This document shows positions 9,023 to 20,123 of a stretch of 40,000 nt of DNA, in pieces (positions within the stretch are counted from its first letter, which is position 1; each line of letters begins with the position of its first letter). This stretch comes from Methylovorus sp. MM2 (GTDB taxonomy: Bacteria > Pseudomonadota > Gammaproteobacteria > Burkholderiales > Methylophilaceae). A model generated the notes under the pieces. That model saw only the letters and a program-made list of their open reading frames with translations, was not told the origin of the DNA and did not search any database. The position numbers and the translations under genes are program-made. The DNA is taken from NCBI RefSeq assembly GCF_001648895.1, contig NZ_LXUF01000001.1, positions 1,059,726-1,099,725 of the forward strand. Reading direction: 5' to 3'.

Positions 9023-10597
9023 TTAAAAAATTTCGCGCGTTTCCAAAAACTGGATGTCTGGATAACGTTCTTGTGCCATTTGCAGGTTGACGCGATTAGG
9101 TGCGAGATAGACATACTCTTCATTACCGTCTATGGCGACATTAAAACCGTATTTGTCGGCAATTGCCCTCAAGTCTGCATCAGAACCGCGTAGCCAGCGA
9201 GCGGTTGAGCAATCATAACTTTCAAAGGCGACATCAACACCGTACTCATGCTCTAGTCGATGTGCTACCACATCAAATTGCAATGTACCGACTGCACCTA
9301 AAATCATGTCATTCGAGAGTAAGGGACGGAAAAGCTGCGATGCACCTTCTTCGGCTAATTGCTGCAAGCCTTTTTGTAACTGTTTCATCTTCAATGGATT
9401 TTTTAGACGCGCGCGACGGAAATGCTCTGGTGCAAAAGATGGAATACCAATGAATTTCAGGTCTTCGCCCTCGCTGAATGTATCACCTAACTTTACCGTA
9501 CCATGGTTAGGAATGCCGATAATGTCACCAGAATATGCCTCATCCGTGGTATTGCGGTCTTGTGCCATGAATGTGATGGCGTTATTTACGGCTAACATCT
9601 TGCCTGTGGCCACTTGCTTGATCTTCATGCCGCGTTCAAAACGGCCCGAACATACACGTAAAAAGGCGATACGGTCACGGTGTTTAGGGTCCATATTGGC
9701 TTGTATCTTGAATACAAAGCCTGAGAACTTACCTTCATCTGGTGTCACGCTTCTGCTCGCTGTATTACGCGCAAGTGGGGCAGGGGATAATTCCACAACG
9801 GCATCCAGCAAAGACTGCACGCCAAAGTTATTGATGGCAGAGCCAAAGAATACAGGTGTTTGCTTGCCTGAGAGGTACGCGTCTTTATCAAATGCATTTG
9901 AAGCCCCACGCACCAACTCTATATCGATGCGTAAGTCTTCAGCTTGGCTGCCGATTAATTCGTCCAAGCGTGGGTTATCGAGGCCTTTGATGGTTTCAGA
10001 AGTGCCTTTTTCTGCATGTGGATCAAAGAACGAGATGCTATCGTTGTAGAGGTGATATACCCCGCGAAAGCTTTTACCCATGCCGATAGGCCACGTCATC
10101 GGCGCACATTGCATACCGAGTGTGGATTCGATCTCATCTAATAATTCGATAGGTGCACGTGATTCACGATCAAGCTTATTGATAAAGGTCAGAATAGGCG
10201 TATCACGCATACGGCAAACGTTTAATAGTTTGATCGTTTGCGCCTCAACACCATTCACAGAGTCAATTACCATCACAGCAGAGTCGACAGCTGTTAATGT
10301 GCGATAGGTATCTTCAGAGAAGTCATCATGCCCCGGAGTATCCAACAGATTGATCATGTGATCGCGATAGGGGAACTGCATCACAGAGGATGTGACCGAG
10401 ATACCGCGTTGTTTTTCCAGCTCCATCCAGTCAGATGTCGCATGACGTGCTGCTTTACGTCCTCTCACTTCACCTGCTACCTGAATAGCACCCCCGAACC
10501 AGAGTAGTTTTTCTGTAAGGGTTGTTTTACCCGCATCGGGGTGAGAGATGATCGCAAACGTGCGGCGCCGTTTTATTTCCTGAATACTCATTGTCAT
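9023..10597 (-). CDS. prfC: peptide chain release factor 3 (translational GTPase)
   Basis: [66 protein letters not shown]. At 524 aa the length fits RF3. Confidence 0.95.
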   Translation of the reverse strand: MTMSIQEIKRRRTFAIISHPDAGKTTLTEKLLWFGGAIQVAGEVRGRKAARHATSDWMELEKQRGISVTSSVMQFPYRDHMINLLDTPGHDDFSEDTYRTLTAVDSAVMVIDSVNGVEAQTIKLLNVCRMRDTPILTFINKLDRESRAPIELLDEIESTLGMQCAPMTWPIGMGKSFRGVYHLYNDSISFFDPHAEKGTSETIKGLDNPRLDELIGSQAEDLRIDIELVRGASNAFDKDAYLSGKQTPVFFGSAINNFGVQSLLDAVVELSPAPLARNTASRSVTPDEGKFSGFVFKIQANMDPKHRDRIAFLRVCSGRFERGMKIKQVATGKMLAVNNAITFMAQDRNTTDEAYSGDIIGIPNHGTVKLGDTFSEGEDLKFIGIPSFAPEHFRRARLKNPLKMKQLQKGLQQLAEEGASQLFRPLLSNDMILGAVGTLQFDVVAHRLEHEYGVDVAFESYDCSTARWLRGSDADLRAIADKYGFNVAIDGNEEYVYLAPNRVNLQMAQERYPDIQFLETREIF

Positions 10598-10718
10598 TCA
10601 AATAGTCATTACGTTAAGCACGCTATTGTACCGCCAGATGGCTTAAACGGATGACTTAAATGCTTGCCCATGAACCTCGTTTATCTATCTCAATCTGGAT
10701 ATTTTAAGGCTTGTACGC

Positions 10719-11468
10719 CTACTCACGGCCTTCAAAAAACTGAATGATTTTGCGTACTTGCGCTTTGTGCTTGCTATCAAGCGATGGTTGCTGAATATAA
10801 TTCAGGTAAAAACGTAATCGCTGCATTCTGCTTAGATGATGTTTTGCAATCTTATCCAAACAGGCGATATCTTTGATGATGCGGTATTCAAGAAATTTCC
10901 CATACCAAAAATTGCCTGAAGGGCAGTCAATCAAGTAAAGATGGTTTTGCGCATCAACAAGCAGGTTACGCCATTTCAGGTCGTTGTGTGTAAAGCTCTG
11001 AGCATGCATTGTGCGCGTGATTTTTGCTAATTGCGCACTGATATTTCGTACCCAGCTTTTATCTTTCAGGCGCGCATCATTGGTTTGGGAAAGTATGGCC
11101 AGATCGGTCGTCTCAGGAATGCCCAGCGTGATCATGGCGCCTCGACGGCCGTGTGATAGATTTTTCCAAAAGGGCTGCGTTTCCATTCCCCATGCGACTA
11201 CTGTTGCGGTGGGGATTCCCCATTCGGAAAAACGTTGCAGATTGAGCGCTTCACCTTTGATGCGTGGGCGACCAAACCATTTTCTTAGGCCTTTTCCCGC
11301 TGCATAATAGCGCTTGATGTAGTACTGGGTACCATGATGTTGGACACGGATCACTTCCGAAATTCGGTCATGTGTCAGTGGTTCGCCTTGTAACTTGAAG
11401 ACGGCATCCAAGCTGCTGAATGTTTGCTTTAAATTTGGATAATTTGAATGAATGTGCCAAAAGGTCAT
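10719..11468 (-). CDS. lipopolysaccharide kinase (Kdo/WaaP/InaA) family protein
   Basis: Kinase-like catalytic loop FTHNDLKWRNLLV and DCPSG. Size and layout match the InaA-type LPS kinase family. Confidence 0.6.
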   Translation of the reverse strand: MTFWHIHSNYPNLKQTFSSLDAVFKLQGEPLTHDRISEVIRVQHHGTQYYIKRYYAAGKGLRKWFGRPRIKGEALNLQRFSEWGIPTATVVAWGMETQPFWKNLSHGRRGAMITLGIPETTDLAILSQTNDARLKDKSWVRNISAQLAKITRTMHAQSFTHNDLKWRNLLVDAQNHLYLIDCPSGNFWYGKFLEYRIIKDIACLDKIAKHHLSRMQRLRFYLNYIQQPSLDSKHKAQVRKIIQFFEGRE

Positions 11469-11492
11469 ACGTATTTTGTCAGGTCGTTATGC

Positions 11493-11531
11493 AAAAAAAT
11501 CAGAAGCAGACTTATACGCATGCTTCTGATT
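11493..11531 (-). terminator. rho-independent terminator after acs
   Basis: Minus strand reads aatcagaagca-(12-nt loop)-tgcttctgatt followed by TTTTTTT. It lies 16 bp downstream of the acs stop. Confidence 0.75.
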
Positions 11532-11546
11532 CAATCGGGTTTTATC

Positions 11547-13511
11547 TCAGGAAATGACCTGTTTCAGTTGTTCAAGCACCGCAGGATTATCCAGTGTGGA
11601 GATATCTGAAGTGATTTCTTCACCCTTGGCTAAAGAACGTAACAAGCGGCGCATGATCTTGCCTGAACGTGTTTTGGGAAGATTATCACCAAAACGGATT
11701 TCATCGGGCTTGGCGATCGGGCCGATCTCTTTACCTACCCATTCACGCAGCTCTGCAATGATCTTTTTTGCGGCTTCGCCTTCAGGGCGCTGACCTTTGA
11801 GCACGACATAGGCGACAATGGATTCACCTTTGATCTCATGCGGCTTGCCCACAATAGCGGCCTCCGCCACAAGCGGGTTGGAAACCAAGGCGGATTCGAT
11901 CTCCATCGTACCCAAGCGGTGGCCCGATACATTCAATACATCGTCGATACGACCCATGATCCAGAAATAACCATCATCATCCCGATGTGCAGAGTCGCCT
12001 GCAAGGTAATAGCCTTTTAGTTCCTCAGGGAAGTAAGACTTGATGAAGCGTTCTGGATTGTTCCAGATGGTGCGTATCATTGAAGGCCAAGGTTTTTTTA
12101 CGACGAGCAAACCGCCGCCTGTGCCATCGATATGGCTGCCATCTTCATGCACGATATCCATGATGATGCCGGGTAGGGGACGGGTGCATGAGCCAGGTTT
12201 CAGATCGATAGCGCCCGGGAGCGGGGCGATCAAGTGAGAGCCGGTTTCAGTTTGCCACCAGGTATCCACGATAGGGCAGCGCTCTTTGCCGACTGTCTTG
12301 TGGTACCACATCCATGCCTCAGGGTTGATAGGTTCACCCACTGTGCCAAGCAGGCGTAAGCTGGATAGATCATATTTGTTAGGTAGATCGCCCCCAAGTT
12401 TGATGAGGGAACGAATGGCAGTGGGTGCCGTGTAAAAAATACTGACTTTGTGTTTTTCGATGATCTGCCAGAAGCGGCTAGCATCTGGGTAAGTAGGGAT
12501 GCCCTCGAATACGACCTGAGTCGTGCCAACAGCCAGCGGGCCGTAAGTGACATAACTATGCCCCGTGATCCAGCCGACATCAGCCGTACACCAGAATATA
12601 TCGGTGGCTTTGTAATCGAATACCCATTTCATGCTCATGATGGCGCCAAGCAGATAGCCACCTGTTGAGTGTTGTACGCCTTTTGGCGTTCCAGTGGAGC
12701 CTGATGTGTATAGAATGAATAATGGGTGTTCTGCACTGACCCAAGTCGGTTCGCAATAGTCTGATGCTTCCGCTTCTAACTCATGCCACCAAAGGTCTGT
12801 GCCGCTAATCCAATTGACAACGCCATCGGTTCTTTTGAATACAATCACTTTTTGTACGGCATCACAGCCACCTAAGGCGAGTGCTTCATCCACAGCCGAT
12901 TTGAGTGCAACGGATTTTCCGCCGCGCACGCCTTCATTTGCCGTGATGACGAGCTTTGCACCGACATCGGTGATGCGCTCGTGCAAACTCTTGGCTGAAA
13001 ATCCGCCGAAAACGACCGAATGTATGGCGCCAATACGTGCACATGCTTGCATCGCAATGATGGCTTCTATGCCCATCGGCATATAGATGATGACGCGATC
13101 GCCAAGCGTAATGCCTTGTGTTTTTAATGCATTGGCAAAACGACATACGCGCTGGTGCAGTTGCTTGTATGTGATATGACTTGAGCTGCCATCATCCGCT
13201 TCGAAGATGAGCGCGGTTTTGTCGCCGCGTGAAGCGAGATGTCGATCAATACAGTTGTAAGATGCATTTAACTCACCGTCCTCAAACCAGCGAAAAAAAG
13301 GTGCTTCAGAGTCATCAAGTGTTTGGGTGAATGGCTTATGCCAAGCGATCTCTGTGGCGGCTAATTTGCCCCAAAAGCCTGCATAATCGCTTTCGGCTTC
13401 TGCACATAAGGCATTGTATGCATCCAATCCTGAAACGGTGGCGGCCTGTTTGAATGATTCTTGTGGCGCAAATATTCTGGTTTCGGTGAGAACCGATTCA
13501 ATCGACGACAT
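11547..13511 (-). CDS. acs: acetyl-CoA synthetase (AMP-forming)
   Basis: 654 aa. AMP-binding motif [11 protein letters not shown], ..WWQTETG.., ..[16 protein letters not shown].., and C-terminal [15 protein letters not shown]. Confidence 0.95.
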   Translation of the reverse strand: MSSIESVLTETRIFAPQESFKQAATVSGLDAYNALCAEAESDYAGFWGKLAATEIAWHKPFTQTLDDSEAPFFRWFEDGELNASYNCIDRHLASRGDKTALIFEADDGSSSHITYKQLHQRVCRFANALKTQGITLGDRVIIYMPMGIEAIIAMQACARIGAIHSVVFGGFSAKSLHERITDVGAKLVITANEGVRGGKSVALKSAVDEALALGGCDAVQKVIVFKRTDGVVNWISGTDLWWHELEAEASDYCEPTWVSAEHPLFILYTSGSTGTPKGVQHSTGGYLLGAIMSMKWVFDYKATDIFWCTADVGWITGHSYVTYGPLAVGTTQVVFEGIPTYPDASRFWQIIEKHKVSIFYTAPTAIRSLIKLGGDLPNKYDLSSLRLLGTVGEPINPEAWMWYHKTVGKERCPIVDTWWQTETGSHLIAPLPGAIDLKPGSCTRPLPGIIMDIVHEDGSHIDGTGGGLLVVKKPWPSMIRTIWNNPERFIKSYFPEELKGYYLAGDSAHRDDDGYFWIMGRIDDVLNVSGHRLGTMEIESALVSNPLVAEAAIVGKPHEIKGESIVAYVVLKGQRPEGEAAKKIIAELREWVGKEIGPIAKPDEIRFGDNLPKTRSGKIMRRLLRSLAKGEEITSDISTLDNPAVLEQLKQVIS

Positions 13512-13689
13512 GCTATTTCTCCGACAACATATAGTTTTATTGATACTTAAAAACCAAAGATGATATCCGTATACTTGCTAGAACTATCTTTTGGCATAAG
13601 TATCTTTATGCGTGGCACGCTCTGTTTTTATTGCGTATGCTTGTTTTATTCAGCAGGACTAATCATAACATTAGCAACAACGATTTTAG

Positions 13690-16425
13690 ATGCTCACACT
13701 TACCCAAATTCTCGAAAATAATGATCTTTCTGATGCTACTGGCGCGCTAATCCGATATGCCGTGCTTTGTAGCCCGTTCGTCAAACGTCTGCTCGTGGCT
13801 GACGCTGATTTGCTGAATGAGCTTGTAGCGCAAATCAATCAACCTATTACCGAGCAAGAGATGCGCGATTGGCTAACGGCAAATGAGATAGCTGATGAAG
13901 TCATGCTCAAGAAAGTGCTGCGTAAGTTAAGGCAGCGGGTCATCTTGCGTGTGATATCGCGTGATTTAAATGGCTTGGCTGATTTGCAGGAAGTCGTGCA
14001 GACCATGACTAGCCTGGCGGAAGTGACGGTACAGTTCGCTTTGCAATGCATCACTCCATGGCTAGAGGCTATTTATGGGGAACCGATTGGCGAGACTGGC
14101 GAGAAACAGTCGCTGATCGTAGTCGGCATGGGCAAGTTAGGCGGGAAAGAGTTGAATGCTTCCTCAGATATCGACCTGATATTCGCCTTTGAAGAGGATG
14201 GCCAAACCAATGGTACAAAAAGTCTGAGCAATCATGAATTCTTTACGCGGCTTTCAAAAAAATTCATTGCAGCGATTGACGAGATCACGGCGGATGGGTT
14301 TGTCTTTCGCGTTGATATGCGCCTGCGGCCTTATGGCTCTGATGGACCTTTGGCATGCAGTTTTGCCATGCTTGAAGAGTATTACCAGAATCATGGGCGA
14401 GAGTGGGAGCGTTATGCCTGGATCAAAGGGCGTGTTATTGCCGGTGAAGAAAAGAATCTGGCAGCTTTATTAAGGCCCTTCGTCTTCCGTAAGTATCTCG
14501 ATTTCGGCGCATTTGCCTCCATGCGCGATCTAAAAGTACAGATACAACGCGATGTAAATCGTCGTGATATGCACGACAACATCAAGCTTGGCCGGGGCGG
14601 TATCCGCGAGATCGAGTTTATCGCGCAGGTTTTCCAATTGATCCGCGGTGGGCGAGATACGGGGCTGCAAGTACGGCCAACGCTAAAAGTGTTGCATCTG
14701 CTTGGCATCAAAGGGTTGTTGCCGCAAGAAACGGTAGATGAATTGACTGCGGCCTATATTTTCTTGCGTAATCTTGAGCACCGTTTGCAGTATGTCGATG
14801 ATATGCAGATTCAGGATCTACCCGTGAATGAGGAGGGGCGTGCCCGTATCGCTTTAGCAATGGGTTATGCCGATTGGCCTGCCATGCTTGTCGAGCTTGA
14901 GAAGCACAGAACGCAGGTGCAATTTCATTTCGATGAGGTATTCAACGACCCGCAAGCTAGCGAAACACCGCAGGATAAATCGCGCTTAAGTAAAACCAAG
15001 GATATCTGGCTGGGTGCGGTTGCCGAGCCTGATGCAATCGCCGGTTTGACGCATCTTGGCTACAGGAATGAGGTAGAAACCTTAAGGCGTTTGCGCAGCC
15101 TGCACGCCAGCCCAAGATATAAGGCATTGCCTGATCTAAGCCATCAGCGTTTTGATGTATTGATGTCGATGGTTATCGAGCTTGCCGCTCAGGAATCCAA
15201 CCCTGAAGATACCCTGATGCGAGTTTCTGACCTGATGGATAGCATCTGCCGTCGCGCTAGTTATCTGGCTTTGCTCGCTGAATATCCGGCAGCGTTGAGT
15301 ATGCTCATCAAGCTCGCGAGTGCGAGTCCTTGGCTGGCACAATATCTCACCCAGCACCCTATATTGCTGGATGAATTGCTTGATATGCATAGTCTATATG
15401 CCGTGCCAGATTTTGCGGCGATGCGTGTCGACTTGGCGCAGCGTTTGGCTGAGGTGGAGGGCGATGTCGAACGGCAGATGGATGTCATGCGTCATTTCAA
15501 GCATGCTGCGGTATTCCGTTTTGCCGCTCAAGATATCGCTGGCGAACTTCAATTGCAAACGCTGTCGGATTACCTGAGTGAATTAGCCAACCTGATATTG
15601 CAGGCAACGATGGATACGGTATGGCGTAATCTAAAAAATAAGCATCGTGAGCAACCGCAGTTCGCCGTGATCGGTTACGGCAAACTTGGCGGAAAAGAGT
15701 TGAGCTATGCATCCGATCTCGACATCATCTTTTTATATGATGACGAAGCAGCCGGTGCCGGTGAAGTTTATGCGCGCTTTGGTCAACGCATCAGTAATTG
15801 GTTAAATAGCCTAACTTCTGCCGGATTATTATATGAAACTGACTTGCAGCTAAGGCCAGATGGCGCCAGTGGCTTGCTTGTCAGTTCCGTGAAAGCTTTT
15901 CAGAGTTACCAGCAACATAAAGCTTGGGTATGGGAGCATCAGGCGTTGACGCGAGCAGGATTTAGCGCGGGTGACTCCAATATCGGAGAGGCTTTTGAGA
16001 AGATACGTCATCAAGTGCTGGTGCAAAAACGTGACCTGAAGACATTGCGCGCTGAAGTGGTAGAAATGCGGCAGAAGATGCGCGATGCGCATACATCCAA
16101 GCCCAGTTTATTCGATTTGAAGCAAGATGTCGGCGGCATCATCGATGTTGAATTCATCGTGCAATATCTCGTGCTCGCCTCTGCATCTGATTATGACGCA
16201 TTAACAGAAAACATCGGCAATATCCGATTATTGGAGCGGCTGGCATCGCTTGGTTTGGTAGATGCAGTAAAAGCTGAAGGTGCTGCAACCGCTTATCGAG
16301 AGTTCAGACGATTGCAGCACGTTAGCCATTTGCAGGGCAGGTATCAAGCGTATGTTGCCATTGAATCTGTTCAGCCTCATGTCGAGGCTGTTCGTGATCT
16401 ATGGCAAACTATATTCCGCGAATAA
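13690..16425 (+). CDS. glnE: bifunctional glutamine synthetase adenylyltransferase / adenylyl-removing enzyme
   Basis: 911 aa with duplicated nucleotidyltransferase cores (GMGKLGGKELNASSDIDLIF and GYGKLGGKELSYASDLDIIF), each followed by D.RLRP. Confidence 0.95.
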   Translation: MLTLTQILENNDLSDATGALIRYAVLCSPFVKRLLVADADLLNELVAQINQPITEQEMRDWLTANEIADEVMLKKVLRKLRQRVILRVISRDLNGLADLQEVVQTMTSLAEVTVQFALQCITPWLEAIYGEPIGETGEKQSLIVVGMGKLGGKELNASSDIDLIFAFEEDGQTNGTKSLSNHEFFTRLSKKFIAAIDEITADGFVFRVDMRLRPYGSDGPLACSFAMLEEYYQNHGREWERYAWIKGRVIAGEEKNLAALLRPFVFRKYLDFGAFASMRDLKVQIQRDVNRRDMHDNIKLGRGGIREIEFIAQVFQLIRGGRDTGLQVRPTLKVLHLLGIKGLLPQETVDELTAAYIFLRNLEHRLQYVDDMQIQDLPVNEEGRARIALAMGYADWPAMLVELEKHRTQVQFHFDEVFNDPQASETPQDKSRLSKTKDIWLGAVAEPDAIAGLTHLGYRNEVETLRRLRSLHASPRYKALPDLSHQRFDVLMSMVIELAAQESNPEDTLMRVSDLMDSICRRASYLALLAEYPAALSMLIKLASASPWLAQYLTQHPILLDELLDMHSLYAVPDFAAMRVDLAQRLAEVEGDVERQMDVMRHFKHAAVFRFAAQDIAGELQLQTLSDYLSELANLILQATMDTVWRNLKNKHREQPQFAVIGYGKLGGKELSYASDLDIIFLYDDEAAGAGEVYARFGQRISNWLNSLTSAGLLYETDLQLRPDGASGLLVSSVKAFQSYQQHKAWVWEHQALTRAGFSAGDSNIGEAFEKIRHQVLVQKRDLKTLRAEVVEMRQKMRDAHTSKPSLFDLKQDVGGIIDVEFIVQYLVLASASDYDALTENIGNIRLLERLASLGLVDAVKAEGAATAYREFRRLQHVSHLQGRYQAYVAIESVQPHVEAVRDLWQTIFRE

Positions 16426-16451
16426 CACTCGGGTAAGTGTAGTCCTGCTTG

Positions 16452-17780
16452 TTATTTTGCAGCCTCTTTTGTGGCCGATGTGACTTTCCAGATGGTATTG
16501 CCTACATCATCAGCCACCAGAAGTGCCCCGGCCTTATCGACTAATACACCTACCGGACGGCCTTGCGCTTCACCTTTGTTGTTCAGAAACCCTGTCAATA
16601 TATCTACGGGTTCACCAGAAGGCTTGCCGTTTGCGAATGGTACAAAGATCACTTTGTAACCGCTGCTCGGGTTTCTGTTCCATGAACCATGTTGTCCGAC
16701 GAACATACCATTATCGAACTGCACTGGTAGGCTGTTACCTTTGGCGCTAGTTAGCCCAAGCGAGGCAGTATGTGGGCCTAATGCGTAATCCGGCACGATC
16801 GCTTTTGCAACCAGTTCAGGTTTCTGGGGTTTGACGCGCACATCGACATTCTGGCCATAATAGCTATACGGCCAGCCGTAAAATCCGCCATCCTGCACGG
16901 ATGTGATGTAGTCCGGCACTAGGTCGCTGCCTATCTCATCACGTTCGTTTACGGTCACCCAGAGCTGCCCGCTTTCAGGCTCCCATGTCATGCCGTTAGG
17001 GTTACGTATGCCGGATGCAAAGATGCGGTGCTCACCGGTTTTGGCATTCACCTCCCAAATGGCGGCACGGCCTTCTTCTATATCCATGCCATTCTCACCG
17101 ACATTGCTGTTAGAGCCTACGGTCACATAGAGTTTGCTGCCATCTTGGCTGGCAATGATATTCTTTGTCCAGTGATGGTTAAGTGGCAGGCCGGGCAGGT
17201 CTGTTAGTTTGATTGGTTCGGCGGTGATTTCCGTTTGCCCTGTCTGGTAGCGGAATGTCACGACCGAATCTGCATTCGCCACATAGAACGTATCCCCGAT
17301 CAATGCCATGCCAAATGGGGAATGCAGGTTCTTGATGAAAACGGAGCGTGCATCCGCCACGCCGTCTCCATCGGTATCGCGTAATAATGTAATGCGATCA
17401 GCGCTTGGTACACCTGCACCCGCTTTGCTCATTAGTTTGCCAGCTATCCAACCTCTAAAGCTAAAGGTGCCACCACCAGTTTCTGGTTTGTTACTTTCAG
17501 CAACCAATACATCACCATTCGGTAATTGATAGAGCCAGCGTGGGTGGTCAAGGTCATTTGCAAACACCGCTACGGATGTGCCTGGTGCCGTCAAGGGTTT
17601 ATCTTCTCCATGCCAGCCTACAACGTTGGCTACATTGACTGTAGGAATGAGTGTCTCGTGTGGTTGAGGTAGTTCGGGTTTGGGTCCGATGCCTGCTGAA
17701 ACGGGTAGCTTGGCAACATCGCCACATGCACTAAGTGTCATGGCGAGTAATGCTGGCAAAATCAGGTGGTGGCTGCGCAT
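16452..17780 (-). CDS. PQQ-dependent sugar (sorbosone/glucose) dehydrogenase-like beta-propeller lipoprotein
   Basis: Lipobox LLAMTLSAC. Repeated propeller-like segments and motifs such as [23 protein letters not shown] and GGFYGWPY, typical of the soluble PQQ dehydrogenase family. Confidence 0.75.
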   Translation of the reverse strand: MRSHHLILPALLAMTLSACGDVAKLPVSAGIGPKPELPQPHETLIPTVNVANVVGWHGEDKPLTAPGTSVAVFANDLDHPRWLYQLPNGDVLVAESNKPETGGGTFSFRGWIAGKLMSKAGAGVPSADRITLLRDTDGDGVADARSVFIKNLHSPFGMALIGDTFYVANADSVVTFRYQTGQTEITAEPIKLTDLPGLPLNHHWTKNIIASQDGSKLYVTVGSNSNVGENGMDIEEGRAAIWEVNAKTGEHRIFASGIRNPNGMTWEPESGQLWVTVNERDEIGSDLVPDYITSVQDGGFYGWPYSYYGQNVDVRVKPQKPELVAKAIVPDYALGPHTASLGLTSAKGNSLPVQFDNGMFVGQHGSWNRNPSSGYKVIFVPFANGKPSGEPVDILTGFLNNKGEAQGRPVGVLVDKAGALLVADDVGNTIWKVTSATKEAAK

Positions 17781-17883
17781 TAGTTTTACTCCTCGAATTG
17801 TTTGCAGCGATATTGCTGTGGCAATGATTGAGTAAATTAGTCAACATTCAGTAGTGACAGGTTCAATGAAATTTAACAATATC

Positions 17884-17923
17884 AATATCCAGCCTAATAT
17901 TGATCTAAATTAGGCTGGATATT
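17884..17923 (-). terminator. hairpin after the TerC-family gene (probable terminator)
   Basis: Perfect 15-bp inverted repeat aatatccagcctaat / attaggctggatatt with a 10-nt loop, 23 bp downstream of the stop at 17946. The trailing sequence is only moderately T-rich. Confidence 0.5.
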
Positions 17924-17945
17924 GAGTGTGACTAATGGGTAAAAA

Positions 17946-18683
17946 CTATGGCGTATTTTTGTGCAGCTTGGTTGACGTATGTTTCTTGCGCATGCGGATA
18001 TTGACCATCTCAACCAGTACCGAAAATGCCATTGCAAAATAGATATAACCCTTCGGCACATGTACATCCAACCCTTCGGCAATTAGCGTAAAGCCGACTA
18101 ACATGAGAAATGAAAGAGCCAATATCTTGATGGTGGGGTTGGCATCGACAAAGTCACCAATTGATTTTGCTGCCAGCAGCATCACGCCCACTGCAATGAT
18201 AATGGCAATCGCCATGATAGAAACATGATCGGCAAGCCCCACTGCAGTGATGACTGAGTCTAGTGAGAATACGATATCCAGCAACCCAATCTGTACCAAT
18301 ACCATGCCCATGGTGGTAGCAGCGGTGGGGGTTTCTGATTCCTCCGCACCTTCAAGACTATTGTGAATCTCATGGGTAGCTTTTGCCAGCAAGAATAAGC
18401 CGCCGCCGATCAGGATGATGTCTCGCCCTGAAATGCCCTGATTAAACACAGTAAACCAAGATTCAGTCAGCCCCATTACCCATGAAATAGAGAATAGTAA
18501 AGCTAAGCGTGCGAACATCGCCAACCCTAGTCCGGCTCTGCGTGCAAAGGCACGCTGCTTTTCTGGCAGGCGACCAACTAAGATCGAAATGAAAATGATG
18601 TTATCGATACCAAGCACAATCTCAAGTGCAGTTAATGTACCTAGTGCAATCCAAGCCTCAGGGCTTGCGAACCATTCAAACAT
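17946..18683 (-). CDS. TerC-family integral membrane protein
   Basis: 245 aa, multi-pass. N-terminus WIALGTLTALEIVLGIDNIIFISIL and second repeat LDIVFSLDSVITAVG (the duplicated TerC DN/DS motif). Confidence 0.85.
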   Translation of the reverse strand: MFEWFASPEAWIALGTLTALEIVLGIDNIIFISILVGRLPEKQRAFARRAGLGLAMFARLALLFSISWVMGLTESWFTVFNQGISGRDIILIGGGLFLLAKATHEIHNSLEGAEESETPTAATTMGMVLVQIGLLDIVFSLDSVITAVGLADHVSIMAIAIIIAVGVMLLAAKSIGDFVDANPTIKILALSFLMLVGFTLIAEGLDVHVPKGYIYFAMAFSVLVEMVNIRMRKKHTSTKLHKNTP

Positions 18684-18905
18684 CGTGTCTCCAATGAGGG
18701 TGATTTAAAAGAGGCTAATTTATTATAGGTTGGTGCGGAATAGGTGCTGTTTGGTTACTGCTAACGCATTCCTCCGCAAGCTGTATGGTAAACCTCTTTA
18801 GGAGAGGTTTCCAATCTCTTATGTATGTGTGCTTATTGCATCAACGGGTTTTATCTGCGCTTCCAATCAGTGGCTCACTTTTGCGTTGATCTGGGTCGCT
18901 CTCAC

Positions 18906-19008
18906 ATTAAACCGAGCTGCTTTAGCAGCGATTTGAATGTCGACACTCCTTGAGGTTGCAGCGGCCATCTCGGCGGGGAATATCCTTGCGGTCTGTGATG
19001 AGTTAGGC
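18906..19008 (-). repeat. degenerate terminal attC of cassette 13
   Basis: tgatgaGTTAGGC at 18995-19008 matches the conserved end of the other attCs. attaaaccgagctgctttagcagcgatttgaatg at 18906-18939 resembles the other half. The two halves are separated by about 55 bp of unrelated sequence, and the distal core (attaaac) is imperfect. Confidence 0.35.
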
Positions 19009-19015
19009 CGTAAAC

Positions 19016-19360
19016 CTATTGGTACCATTCCGGCTTCCTTGCTTTCTTGCAGAATTGCCGTGCCGCTAATTTGTTTTTTGGTTCAATCTCTAATTCCAGC
19101 GCATTTAGTTTTGCAAGAATGTTTTCTTGGTTCTTATATTTGTGTTTGAGTTTTGCTAGCTTTGCATCAGTTCCTGGGCATGCTTGGCAAATTGACCAGT
19201 TAATATCGGCTTGCCTTTCTTCATCATAACCATCCTCACCTCGCCAGTGATCGCATGATTCGCGCAGCTTTAAGAAGTTTGAGACATCCCTCGGTAATGC
19301 ATCGGCTGCTAAGGCAGAGACGCAAACAAAAAGCAGGGTAAATAAACAAAAAAATCTCAT
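19016..19360 (-). CDS. cassette 13 ORF: small secreted Cys-containing protein, unknown function
   Basis: I take the start at 19360 (MRFFCLFTLLFVCVSALAADA, a signal peptide). The track start at 19390 lies inside attC. 114 aa with several Cys (SCDHW, SICQACPG, FCKK). Confidence 0.6.
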   Translation of the reverse strand: MRFFCLFTLLFVCVSALAADALPRDVSNFLKLRESCDHWRGEDGYDEERQADINWSICQACPGTDAKLAKLKHKYKNQENILAKLNALELEIEPKNKLAARQFCKKARKPEWYQ

Positions 19361-19363
19361 ATG

Positions 19364-19426
19364 GCCTAACGTTTGAGTGAAGGGGCACAATACTTTAGCG
19401 CGTCCCGCTTGAATGATGGGTTAGGC
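19364..19426 (-). repeat. attC of cassette 12 (aberrant, 63 bp)
   Basis: gcctaac...gttaggc cores are present, but the central stem is disrupted (ggggcacaatactttagcgcg). Confidence 0.75.
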
Positions 19427-19795
19427 AACATAGCTAATTTGCTCCAAAGTAATATATTTTTCTTCACCAACACCGGTAACGATTAACTCGATTAATACAC
19501 TAATCTCTTCGTTTATAGCCGTGACACACTCTACCAATGCATAAAGACCTGTGTCGTTAGATTTGAAGTATTTAACTTGAATTGATGTTGATTTTCGACT
19601 TGATGATTTTTCAGCTTCTGAAAGGCACTCTTCAAAATCTTGTTGAATTGCTAAAACTACATCTCGCCCAAATGCGAGGGCGTATCCAAAACGTTCAGCG
19701 AGTAATGAGAAGTTCTTGTTAGCAACCAAAGCAACAACCTCCGCCCCAAAACCCGAAAGGGTATTTTCATCTGTTTGTGCGGACGAAATTCTCAT
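19421..19795 (-). CDS. cassette 12 ORF: small soluble protein, unknown function
   Basis: 124 aa with no hydrophobic segments. The stop TAA lies inside the attC core (GCCTAAC). The ATG is 3 nt after the upstream GTTAGGC core. Confidence 0.6.
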   Translation of the reverse strand: MRISSAQTDENTLSGFGAEVVALVANKNFSLLAERFGYALAFGRDVVLAIQQDFEECLSEAEKSSSRKSTSIQVKYFKSNDTGLYALVECVTAINEEISVLIELIVTGVGEEKYITLEQISYVA

Positions 19796-19798
19796 ATT

Positions 19799-19858
19799 GC
19801 CTAACGTTTGACATAAGGGGCGCGCTTTAGCGCGTCCCGCTTGATGGATGGGTTAGGA
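19799..19858 (-). repeat. attC of cassette 11 (60 bp)
   Basis: gcctaacgtttgacataaggggcgcgctttagcgcgtcccgcttgatggatgggttagga. Confidence 0.85.
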
Positions 19859-20116
19859 AGCATTAGAAAGAGAAGCTAACCCAGAGAGCAAAATACCAAG
19901 CAACAAAAGTATAAGAGCTACTTGTGATGCACGAAGCCAGCAGTTTTTAATTTCGACTTTTGGAACACCCTCGAAATAAGCATCTTTATTTTCGGTGATG
20001 CTTAGACCATAGAATGAAAATAGAGCTAAAACTAATGTGCCTGAAACTTGCAGAGCTGTGGCTAACAAAGTGATGCAAAACATATGGCTTTTCACAAACT
20101 CGAATAACCCGCACAT
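19853..20116 (-). CDS. cassette 11 ORF: 87-aa two-TM membrane protein, unknown function
   Basis: Two long hydrophobic stretches (FCITLLATALQVSGTLVLALFSFYGL and VALILLLLGILLSGLASL). The stop lies inside the attC core. Confidence 0.55.
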   Translation of the reverse strand: MCGLFEFVKSHMFCITLLATALQVSGTLVLALFSFYGLSITENKDAYFEGVPKVEIKNCWLRASQVALILLLLGILLSGLASLSNAS

Positions 20117-20123
20117 ATTGTGT

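Noticed and set aside
9306-10049. 247-aa plus-strand ORF inside prfC, and similar long antisense ORFs such as 1553..2143 inside yheS and 16471..16750 inside the dehydrogenase gene
   Set aside because: They lie entirely antisense to strongly supported conserved genes and have Ser/Arg/Cys-rich compositions typical of shadow frames.
18684-18900. Possible yybP-ykoY (manganese) riboswitch in the long leader of the TerC-family gene
   Set aside because: TerC/Alx-type genes are often preceded by this riboswitch. Reading the minus strand here, I could not find the conserved GGGGAGUAG ... GAGACC-type core elements. Only a short hairpin is present (aacctct/agaggtt at about 18791-18809). A covariance-model scan (Rfam RF00080) would settle it.
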